In this document: piece after piece, positions 8,401 to 14,325 of the stretch
How the letters are laid out: every line of letters begins with the position of its first letter
Numbering within the stretch: position 1 is the first letter of the stretch
Source: Phycisphaerae bacterium
GTDB lineage: Bacteria; Planctomycetota; Phycisphaerae; UBA1845; Fen-1342
Length of the DNA stretch: 14,325 bases
Direction: 5' to 3'
Assembly: GCA_963675745.2 (NCBI GenBank)
Contig: CAXXWX010000025.1
Coordinates: 1-14,325, forward strand
The notes under the pieces: model-generated
What the model was told of the DNA's origin: nothing
Database searches by the model: none
Seen by the model: the letters and a program-made list of their open reading frames with translations, nothing else
Made by a program: the position numbers and the translations under genes

Positions 8401-8956
8401 ACGAGCGTTGGTCGCTTTCGTGGTTATCGCTGCGGCCATTCTTCCTCCCGTATTCCTGCCGCAGGTGCTCCAAAAGATCGGCGAGCGAGCGACCCTCGAC
8501 CCACTCCATCGCGTACGCGTAGACACCGCCTTCGTCGACGACATCGTGCACGCTGACGACGTTTGGGTGCCGCAGCCGCGCGATTGCGCGTGCTTCGATC
8601 CGAAACCGTTTCCGGGCAGCGGCAGACTGCGCTACGGAAGTCGGCAGCAGCTTCAACGCCACCGGCCGATCCCCGAGCCGTTCCTGCTGTGCGAGGAAGA
8701 CCGTACCCATGCCGCCGCGGCCCAGCTCGCCCAGCAGCGTGTAGCCCGGCACCGCCGGCAGGCTGTGCGAGGCGCCAACCGCGACCTGTTGGGCCAACCA
8801 GGCCAGTTCCTCGACCTGCCCCAGCAGGTGCGCATGGTCGGCCGCCAGCTCGGCGCAATCGACCGGTCTACCTTCTTCCAGGGATGCTACGATCCGGTCG
8901 AAGACCTCGTCGAGGAAATCCTGGTCGTTCGCTGGGCTCGGCTGGCTTTCGGCCAC
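5426..8956 (-). CDS. Membrane Ser/Thr (Hanks-type) kinase 1 with an extracellular T5SS/PEP-CTERM-associated-repeat beta-helix and a C-terminal beta-sandwich domain
   Basis: Kinase motifs GRGGMG, VALK, HRDVKPSN, DFGLAR, GTLAYAAPEQ, DVYGLG. TM helix SSVLLGAMLLALLLTVGV. About 6 repeat units (LxVGxxGxGxLxIxxGG / LGxxxGxxGxxxVxG). Start placed at GTG8956 (AGGAG at 8964-8968; aligns with the kinase 2 N-terminus) rather than 9070, which overlaps the sigma gene. Confidence 0.92.
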   Translation of the reverse strand: MAESQPSPANDQDFLDEVFDRIVASLEEGRPVDCAELAADHAHLLGQVEELAWLAQQVAVGASHSLPAVPGYTLLGELGRGGMGTVFLAQQERLGDRPVALKLLPTSVAQSAAARKRFRIEARAIARLRHPNVVSVHDVVDEGGVYAYAMEWVEGRSLADLLEHLRQEYGRKNGRSDNHESDQRSSSPRQPSIPDVRAFLDASETDLREHASYVVYICRLGVALARALAAVHREGLLHRDVKPSNILLRRDGTPLLSDFGLARDTASTQVTEPGQFVGTLAYAAPEQLRGEQEKLDGRTDVYGLGVTLYHALTLELPFLGKSTSALLREIERGQVVSLRRTNSGAPHDLQTIISKAIDADPARRYADADALAFDLNAVLAGEPIRAKPPSLTYVLGKRIRRHGSSVLLGAMLLALLLTVGVRTALGWWSSYQQQFRIEQRGQGVQSVDIAILGDNVPATLPEREFLQINLLRGLGDETVFAGSLGIGHDRGRHPGSVVVSNDQCLEVYGDLKIGCSADGRLAVQNGGKVKCASAGLGSGFGARGEARIVESGATWTIADALDVGDGGPGNLTLGPHARVSAQNLRVGLGAPGRVAVRGEDTVLGVNNLVIGQRHHGRLEIHDNALASSSHGVLGAERGARGELDVSGGGASLAVRGDLDVGCNGIGVISVADGGTLQAHNIQLGLKRDGTGTLTVNDDSSMVRTTRTIFVGREGNAKLEINNAKCFVRSGVLLGDQPGIRGTAQLRGSNATCIVNACLAVGRYGAGELHIDDGARVESVWATMAQEEGSSGIVVVADPGTVWRTKATCAIGGKAEGAGGAAELRVENGATFVVEHEMLIWPHGVVRLRGGQIAAEVLTIHDGATLAVEDGVVGARLVRGNLLIAGGVLTAACSPGNIEIHGDLAIDGGSLRIVIAGGAPPLVGHVRVDGSAMLGGELEVWIQGDNPPGYDDRFVVLSANEVTGRFENASSPLQLATGGTCELAHQDGEIVLTHFEPPAAGQNGAPPPPHACLLPVWETPTSGPFPGILRENTTAGLNRVFTGPPDDISWGLADGYVVFDFDARRVIDGPGPDFNVYECDHGPGEFHQLHVAVSTDGSTFVSVKHTEAPVVRVGGDEQFDNDENGRSYDLAPTGYSGIRYIRLRGSSSLGAGQQASGFDLDAVGAVNWEFVDGDTSD

Positions 8957-8981
8957 GCGCGGACTCCTGATATATCCCCCA

Positions 8982-9674
8982 CTAGTCAGGAGAGGATTCG
9001 GGCCGCCGTGTGCGCGCCGTCTCCGCCGAATGGCGTTCCGAGAGAGGCACTGAGCGGCTCGCAAGAACACTGGTCAGCCGACGGCGGTACGCTTCGGCGC
9101 CAGCCCGGAAGCGGTGTCGTACCGCGGACCGACCCAGGCCGAGTCGTTCGGCGATGTCGTCGATCGTCAGTTGCTCGAAGAGGCGCAAGTGGACGACCTC
9201 GCGCGTCTCGGATGGAAGGGACTCTAGCGCCGCGCGCATGCTGCAGGCCTGTTCCGCGTAAATCGCAATCTGGCTGGGTGTCGTTGAACCGACCGGCCCG
9301 GGGAATTGGTAGCCGTCGTTACCCTGCGAATCTTGCGTCGACAGCGACGAGAAGAGCAACGGCGTGCCGTCGCCGCCGCGCTTCAGGGCGCGTAGCCGGA
9401 CCGCCGTATCGCGAATCCGCCGATCGGCGACAGTGAGCACCCAACTGCGGAACGCCTTGAGTCCGCGCCACTCGCATCGCGCGCGGTCGCGCCAGACGTG
9501 CAGCAGCGTCTCCTGCCAGAGGTCCTCTGGGGTGAATTCCCGCCGCAACGCCGCGCTCATGCGCGATTCGATTACGACGAGAATCGACGCTGGGCCGATT
9601 CCTTCGATCAGACGATCCCAGACGGCGGTTGAATCGCTCTGCAGCGGATTCTCGGCGTCCCCAGCCACGAACAT
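8982..9674 (-). CDS. ECF sigma-70 factor, planctomycete kinase-associated type
   Basis: Sigma2 region (TPEDLWQETLL..W, FRSWVLTVADRRIRD), TPSQ linker motif, sigma4 region (ALESLP...REVVHLR...LTIDDIAERLGLGRSAVRHR). GGAGG RBS at 9678-9682; 25 nt upstream of kinase 1. Confidence 0.92.
   Translation of the reverse strand: MFVAGDAENPLQSDSTAVWDRLIEGIGPASILVVIESRMSAALRREFTPEDLWQETLLHVWRDRARCEWRGLKAFRSWVLTVADRRIRDTAVRLRALKRGGDGTPLLFSSLSTQDSQGNDGYQFPGPVGSTTPSQIAIYAEQACSMRAALESLPSETREVVHLRLFEQLTIDDIAERLGLGRSAVRHRFRAGAEAYRRRLTSVLASRSVPLSERHSAETARTRRPESSPD
8989..9000 (-). promoter_or_regulatory. Copy of the shared motif core (CGAATCCTCTCC) upstream of kinase 1, inside the 3' end of the sigma gene
   Basis: Plus strand GGAGAGGATTCG. 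The upstream half of the motif is poorly conserved in this copy. Confidence 0.45.
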
Positions 9675-9870
9675 GGCCCTCCGCGGGCAGGCTTCCAGCC
9701 CGCTGATCCGTCCAGGATACCAAAACGGACGTGATCAATCCACGGTACGCCATGTCGTCAATCCCCGGGCCGCTTGGGTGGCGAGGAACCCTCTCCGCAT
9801 TCGCCGGGCCGTGCTATGGCCCCAGCACCCCCACCCCGGAACGAATGTCTGGGAGTCGCGCGATTCGAGG

Positions 9871-9898
9871 AAAAAGCCCACCTGGGGGAGGTGGGCTT
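9871..9898 (-). terminator. Intrinsic terminator of the secreted dockerin-like protein gene
   Basis: Perfect 10-bp inverted repeat AAGCCCACCT/AGGTGGGCTT with a 5-nt loop, ending in a run of 5 U on the minus strand, ~30 nt after the stop codon. Confidence 0.8.
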
Positions 9899-9925
9899 GG
9901 AGGGGGGTTCAGGTTGTGGGGTTAA

Positions 9926-10786
9926 TTAGTTGGGGCAGCCGAAGTCCGGCGCGAAGATGGCGAAGTCGAGCAAGTCGACTACGTCGTCCGAGTTCAGGTC
10001 GCACGCCGGATCCCATCCGGGCGTGCCGGAGTTGGAGCCGAGCGCGGGCGCAAAGAGTCCGAAGTCGGACACGTCGGAGTCTCCGTCGCCGTCGACGTCT
10101 CCGGGGCAGTCCGGCGGCGGGGCGTAGCCGCCCTCCGAGGTGACGACGAGTTCGACGCCGGGATCGGGGCTCGAGAACTCGATGGCCGCGGTGTTGTAGG
10201 CGTTCGCGTACGTATCGGGACCAGAGGCCCTGACGTGGGCCTCAACTCTGAAGACGACCGGCGTTCCCGATTGGTAGTTCGCGATCGTGTGCGTGAGGGT
10301 CCCGGAGAGGGTCTGATGCTGGCCGAATGTCGCCGCCGAGGCCTCGTCTATGTTATGCCAGCCCCCCCCGTCCCGCCAAGAGGTCTGGAACGATGCGCTG
10401 GCATACTGGGAGCCCCCGTGAACCTCCGCGTGGTAAGGCACTTGGATCTGCAGCGTGAACGTCCCGGTTGGATTGGCCAGGTTCGTGACAGTGTACGTGT
10501 CCCACACAATGCCGAAGGTATCGAGCGCAATGCTGCCCTCCCAAGCACAACGAAGCCGGAGAGTCCCGAACTGGGTCGACGCCACGGCGTCGTTATTCCA
10601 GGGGGCGTCGCTGTAGTGCAAGCCGTCTAGAGCGACGCCCTCACCTCCGTCCGTTGTGTCACGGCCGTAGTCACCACCGTTCGCACTCCTCCAGGCCTCA
10701 ACCTCGGCGCCAAAGACCACCTGCGCGTGCGCCTGAGCCGTGTAGCAAAGAAGACCCATAATCGTCAGAAGTTGGATGCGTTTCAT
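9926..10786 (-). CDS. Secreted protein with a beta-rich N-domain and a C-terminal planctomycete dockerin-like (Ca-binding) domain
   Basis: Sec signal MKRIQLLTIMGLLCYTAQAHA|Q; PPP linker; duplicated Ca-loops CPGDVDGDGDSDVSDF and CDLNSDDVVDLLDF..F...FGCP (9929-10108); AGGAG RBS at 10796-10800. Confidence 0.88.
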   Translation of the reverse strand: MKRIQLLTIMGLLCYTAQAHAQVVFGAEVEAWRSANGGDYGRDTTDGGEGVALDGLHYSDAPWNNDAVASTQFGTLRLRCAWEGSIALDTFGIVWDTYTVTNLANPTGTFTLQIQVPYHAEVHGGSQYASASFQTSWRDGGGWHNIDEASAATFGQHQTLSGTLTHTIANYQSGTPVVFRVEAHVRASGPDTYANAYNTAAIEFSSPDPGVELVVTSEGGYAPPPDCPGDVDGDGDSDVSDFGLFAPALGSNSGTPGWDPACDLNSDDVVDLLDFAIFAPDFGCPN

Positions 10787-11016
10787 AGTGCTCGTCTCCT
10801 TCTCGATGCGCTTGATGCGCCGATGACGTTCGCCGATCCCGGGCCGAGCGTGTTCGTCGGGGGGGCGCCCAAAGCGGGCGAACCCCCGGTCGCGGATCCC
10901 GGGCGAGCCTCGCCTCCGATTCGTACGGAGAACCCATGCTCATCTCAACCGACATTTCCCATTTGACCTCCACCCGGCGAGTGCGCCACAACTGCTCGTC
11001 GGGGCCCTATCGAGAT

Positions 11017-11044
11017 GGAGAGGAATCGAGTTGCGGAAGCGCCG
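11017..11044 (-). promoter_or_regulatory. Putative ECF promoter CGGCGCT-N13-TCCTCTCC for the secreted dockerin-like protein
   Basis: Matches the copies at 13815-13842(-) and 14046-14073(+) in both halves and in spacing. Confidence 0.55.
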
Positions 11045-11090
11045 ACAAAATCCGCAAATTCGCCGGCGCCTCTCAGTTTTGGGTGCCCAG

Positions 11091-11124
11091 AAAGCCCCGT
11101 AGCCCGCCCGGCGGCCCGCGGGGC
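11091..11124 (-). terminator. Possible weak terminator after kinase 2
   Basis: GC hairpin GCCCCG...CGGGGC followed by UUUCU on the minus strand, ~100 nt past the kinase 2 stop and just upstream of the next putative promoter. Confidence 0.35.
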
Positions 11125-11223
11125 AAAGTGGTTATGACAGGTCGCGGGGCCCTGCGGCTGAACGGCAGGCGTCCCGCGATCGACGAGTGGCACGCCCGCC
11201 TTGGACGGCTGCGGCGCCCTGGC

Positions 11224-13782
11224 TCAGTGCCGGCCGAGGATGCGTTCAGTCAGCGCGCCGAGTCGCTGTCGCGCCGACGCGATGGCGCGCACCGCGTGGA
11301 CGCCGGCGACGGGCCAGGGTGACACCAGCGCCGTGGCGTAGCAGTTCTTAATCCAGGGTGGGGCGTCAAGCAGCGGCGCGCCGTTCCAACAGGTGTAGCC
11401 GGCGTAGTTCGCAAAGGCGATGCGCGCCAGGGAGCCGGCCGAGTCGCCGCACGGTCCCGTGTAGACCTCGTGGGCCAACACTCTTGGAGTGACTGAAGAC
11501 GGAGGCAGAGTATCGACACCCAACCGGCAGAGGATCCAAAACAACGACGCGAGGGGCTTTCCGCTGAGCGGCTGATCCAGCGCGTTTCGCAGCGTCTGCC
11601 AGCGCTGTGTGGGCGTCAGTTCCGCCCACCACCGCGGCGCGACGCGCCAGAACCCGTGGCGGGCGCGCTCGTAGCGGTATGCCCAGCCGGCGGTCCCGTA
11701 CCGGATCGTCGCGGCGGCCCAATCTCCCTGTGACTCGAGGTACTCGGCGTAGCGGCAGGATGCAACGATAGACCCAGGCACCTGCCAGATGGCGACGGCG
11801 TCGGCCACGCGACCGGTCGCCGCGTAGAGGTCCGCCCGCACCCGTCGCAGGCCGGCGGTGTCGTCAAGCCCCGGCATCGCCTCAGCACGGTTAAGCAGCG
11901 CCTCGGCCCGCTGAACGTCGCCACATTGAAACGCGGCATCCGCCAGCGCGACGTGCAGGAAGCCCGCTTCCGGAAACGCCTGACAGGCGTCCCGCAGTCG
12001 GGGGTACGCGCGCTGCGGCTCGTCACGGGCCAGGTAGATGAAGCCCAGCGCGCCTTCGACCAACGGATCCTCTATGTCCCGCTCGTCGTACTGCCCCCAG
12101 GCAACCAGGGCGGTCTGGGCGTCGTTGAGGACGTATGCCAGCAGACCCAGGGCACGCAAGTCCACATCGTCGGCCCCAGCCAGGTCATCGGAGAGCGGCA
12201 CCGGCGGCATTCCCGGACCGGTTGACCACGCACCGGCGAACTCCGCCGCATGCGGCGCCTGACGCTCAAGCTCGCGCAATCGCTCCGGCGACGGCTGCCC
12301 GTCCGCCACGATGTCGCGGGCGATTTCAACCGTTAGCCGTTCTCCGTGGATGGACGCGTCGAACGGCGCCATTTGCTGCGCGCGAGCATAGTGCGTCAGG
12401 GCTGTGCGAATGAAGTCCTCGCCGGGGCCGTCTGGTATCGAGTCGCCGCGCGGCGCATTCCAGAGCGTCGCGGCAATCATGTTGTCTGTCATTCCCGGCC
12501 GCAACAAGGACAGCCGAGCTTCGCGCACATGCTGAGCCACCCAGCCAGGCGCCAGGAACCAGTAGATCACAACGAGCGTCGCCAACGCGAGGGCCACCAC
12601 GCCGCCGGCGATCGCCCCGAACAACGACCGGCGATTGCGGCGGGCCGCCTTGGAAATGTGCGTCAGCAGGCCGGCAGGCCGCGCGCGGATCGGTTGCAGG
12701 CTCAGCAGCCGCTCGAGATCGTCGGCAAGCTCATTCGCCGTGGCGTAGCGCCGCGCCGGATCAGCATCCATGGCTTTCGACACAATCGTCTGTAGTTCGG
12801 TCGGAAGCCGCGGATCGCGCTTACGCAAGGGGGGAACCGCACCGCGCTCGATCTGGCGCAGCACCTCACCGGGCGTGTCGCCGGTCGCCGGGAACTCAAA
12901 CGACAACGCGTGGTAGAGCGTGACGCCCAAGGCGTAGACATCCGTGCGCGCGTCGAGCTGAGTGGTCTCGCCGCGCAGTTGCTCCGGAGCGGCGTAGGCC
13001 GGCGTTCCGAGGAAGTGGCCGGCGTGGGTCAGCGTCACATGGGCGACATCGCGCGCCAGGCCGAAGTCGCTCAGCAGCGGTGTCCCATCGCGGCGCAGCA
13101 GGATGTTCTGCGGTTTGACATCGCGATGCAGCAAGCCAGCCTGGTGCACCGCGCCGAGCGCCCGCGCCACGGCGATGCCGATACGACAGATGAACATCGT
13201 GTACGTGCCCTGCGCCAGTTCGTCCGGCGGCGAGTCGAGGTATTCGCGGACCGCGTCGGGGCCGCGCTGCGCGGCCGGCAGCGCCCTCAAGTGCTCGATC
13301 ACGCTATACAGCGAAACGCCGTCGATGTACTCCATGGCATAGGCGTGGACCTCGCCGGAGTCGACCACGTCATGAACCGCGACGATGTTCGGGTGATTCA
13401 GCCGGGCGATCGATTCGGCTTCGGCGCGAAAGCGCTGGCGGGCAAAGCGCGACAAAGCGAAGGCTGGCGGCAGCAGCTTGAGCGCCACGGCGCGGTTGCC
13501 CAGCGACTGCTGCTGGGCCAGGTAGACGGCCCCCATGCCGCCGCGGCCCAGTTCGTGGAGGATCGTGTAGCCCGGAATGTGCGGCGTGGCGCGCGGCGGC
13601 CCGACCGCGACCTGCTGCGCGAGGTGCAGCATCTCCTCGATCTGCGGCAGCAGCGTCTCATGACCGCGCGCCCACTCCCCCACATCGAGCGGCGCGCCCT
13701 CCTCGATCCGCGACACGGCTTCGTCGAAGACCGCGTCGAGGAAGGCCTGATCCGCGCTGGCTGGCGGTTCGTCGGTGCGCAT
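11224..13782 (-). CDS. Membrane Ser/Thr (Hanks-type) kinase 2 with a TPR-like extracytoplasmic domain
   Basis: Kinase motifs GRGGMG, VALK, HRDVKPQN, DFGLAR, GTPAYAAPEQ, DVYALG. TM helix LFGAIAGGVVALALATLVVIYWFL. TPR-like helices (ALGLLAY..ND...A, ALGFIYL......RA, ALADAAFQCGD..RA). Start ATG13782 chosen by alignment with kinase 1; ATG13803 is an alternative. Confidence 0.92.
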   Translation of the reverse strand: MRTDEPPASADQAFLDAVFDEAVSRIEEGAPLDVGEWARGHETLLPQIEEMLHLAQQVAVGPPRATPHIPGYTILHELGRGGMGAVYLAQQQSLGNRAVALKLLPPAFALSRFARQRFRAEAESIARLNHPNIVAVHDVVDSGEVHAYAMEYIDGVSLYSVIEHLRALPAAQRGPDAVREYLDSPPDELAQGTYTMFICRIGIAVARALGAVHQAGLLHRDVKPQNILLRRDGTPLLSDFGLARDVAHVTLTHAGHFLGTPAYAAPEQLRGETTQLDARTDVYALGVTLYHALSFEFPATGDTPGEVLRQIERGAVPPLRKRDPRLPTELQTIVSKAMDADPARRYATANELADDLERLLSLQPIRARPAGLLTHISKAARRNRRSLFGAIAGGVVALALATLVVIYWFLAPGWVAQHVREARLSLLRPGMTDNMIAATLWNAPRGDSIPDGPGEDFIRTALTHYARAQQMAPFDASIHGERLTVEIARDIVADGQPSPERLRELERQAPHAAEFAGAWSTGPGMPPVPLSDDLAGADDVDLRALGLLAYVLNDAQTALVAWGQYDERDIEDPLVEGALGFIYLARDEPQRAYPRLRDACQAFPEAGFLHVALADAAFQCGDVQRAEALLNRAEAMPGLDDTAGLRRVRADLYAATGRVADAVAIWQVPGSIVASCRYAEYLESQGDWAAATIRYGTAGWAYRYERARHGFWRVAPRWWAELTPTQRWQTLRNALDQPLSGKPLASLFWILCRLGVDTLPPSSVTPRVLAHEVYTGPCGDSAGSLARIAFANYAGYTCWNGAPLLDAPPWIKNCYATALVSPWPVAGVHAVRAIASARQRLGALTERILGRH

Positions 13783-13814
13783 CGTGCGTGTCCCAATCGA
13801 CATCTTACTGCGTT

Positions 13815-13842
13815 GGAGAGGATTTCGTGGCTGTAACCGTCG
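13815..13842 (-). promoter_or_regulatory. Putative ECF promoter CGACGGT-N13-TCCTCTCC(AAC) for kinase 2
   Basis: The upstream heptamer, spacing and trailing AAC are identical to the divergent copy at 14046-14076. Confidence 0.6.
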
Positions 13843-13923
13843 CGTCGTCTGCGATATTCGATGCGGGCACCGACATGACGGCTGCCTCGAACGTGTGGCG
13901 AGCTCGGCCAAGCCATCCCGAGA

Positions 13924-13960
13924 CAGCGAGATTCTCGCTCGTCCGCAGCGAGAATCTCGC
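13924..13960. repeat. Tandem palindromes GCGAGAWTCTCGC, 22 bp apart, also forming a perfect 14-bp inverted repeat
   Basis: cagcgagattctcgc (13924-13938) and cagcgagaatctcgc (13946-13960); 13926-13939 is the exact reverse complement of 13947-13960. Confidence 0.85.
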
Positions 13961-14045
13961 AACTCCGGTGCCGCCGTAAGCTCCGCATTGTAAACTAGTT
14001 ATGCGCTGGAATCGCGCGTGCCGACTTCCATTTGCATCACTTCTT

Positions 14046-14073
14046 CGACGGTCCGTGGCCGGCATTCCTCTTC
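14046..14073 (+). promoter_or_regulatory. Putative ECF promoter CGACGGT-N13-TCCTCTTC(AAC) for the downstream secreted protein
   Basis: Near-identical to the kinase 2 copy, on the opposite strand, ~70 nt upstream of ATG14142. Confidence 0.6.
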
Positions 14074-14141
14074 AACTGACAGGGACACGCGCACTGCAAG
14101 TCGGTGCGCGATGCTTCCGCACTTCCCGAGGAGGAGACGTC

Positions 14142-14325
14142 ATGTCTCGGATGGACCATGTCCGTATGGTAGTCCGCCTGTCGATCGCGCTGAGCACGGC
14201 CGCGGCCGCGCTCGCCGCGAGGGTCGACCTGTATCTGACCGTCACGGAACAGCCGGATTCGTCGTCCATTTGGACGCTGGAAGCCAGCACGTCGGCCGGG
14301 GATAACGACGGGCTCGCCGGCTACA
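14142..14325 (+). CDS. Secreted protein, 3'-truncated (not in the ORF track)
   Basis: Strong RBS GAGGAGGAG at 14128-14136. Open to the window end: MSRMDHVRMVVRLSIALSTAAAALAARVDLYLTVTEQPDSSSIWTLEASTSAGDNDGLAGY..., with a signal-peptide-like N-terminus (ALA cleavage motif) followed by beta-strand-like sequence. Confidence 0.75.
   Translation, partial: MSRMDHVRMVVRLSIALSTAAAALAARVDLYLTVTEQPDSSSIWTLEASTSAGDNDGLAGY

Noticed and set aside
8957..9070. Extended N-terminus of kinase 1 from the ORF track
   Set aside because: Overlaps the ECF gene; the RBS and paralog alignment support GTG8956.
8027..9436. 469-aa plus-strand ORF (and the similar 308-aa ORF at 12910-13836)
   Set aside because: Antisense to the kinase/sigma genes; their mutual similarity only mirrors the kinase paralogy.
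10805..10960. Short repeats considered as a CRISPR array or c-di-GMP riboswitch
   Set aside because: Only two imperfect copies, no regular repeat-spacer series, no cas genes, and no riboswitch consensus nucleotides recognised.
13783..13962. Extended N-terminus of kinase 2 from the ORF track
   Set aside because: Arg/Ser-rich non-protein-like sequence spanning the promoter motif and palindromes; homology to kinase 1 begins at about Met13782.
13805..14065. 86-aa minus ORF ending KSSPTQ, like the ECF end ESSPD; considered as an ECF pseudogene remnant
   Set aside because: No sigma2/sigma4 similarity; the SSP match is explained by the shared TCCTCTCC DNA motif.
14018..14305. 95-aa (+) and 72-aa (-) ORFs at the right edge
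   Set aside because: The frame starting at ATG14142 has the strong RBS and signal peptide; these ORFs have neither.

Overview
GC-rich bacterial DNA, most likely from a Planctomycetota (Phycisphaerae-like) genome, inferred from a planctomycete-type ECF sigma/Ser-Thr kinase pair and a dockerin-like exoprotein. There are two blocks. (1) 1-4734 (+): the end of a probable T6SS/contractile-injection-associated operon. It holds a 5'-truncated helical protein, a 1213-aa protein (OmpA-like domain + heavily inserted calcineurin-like metallophosphoesterase + amphipathic tail; no signal peptide), and a DUF4280 PAAR-like spike-tip protein. A convergent GNAT acetyltransferase follows. (2) 5426-14325: a signalling island with one ECF sigma factor (no anti-sigma; TPED instead of DAED), two paralogous membrane Ser/Thr kinases with unrelated ectodomains (beta-helix adhesin-like vs TPR-like), a secreted dockerin-like protein, and the start of a second secreted protein that the ORF track misses. 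A shared motif with a TCCTCTYC core lies in sense orientation upstream of both kinases and both secreted-protein genes. Three copies have the full bipartite form CGRCGST-N13-TCCTCTYC; kinase 1 has the core only. This suggests a self-contained ECF regulon readable directly from the sequence.
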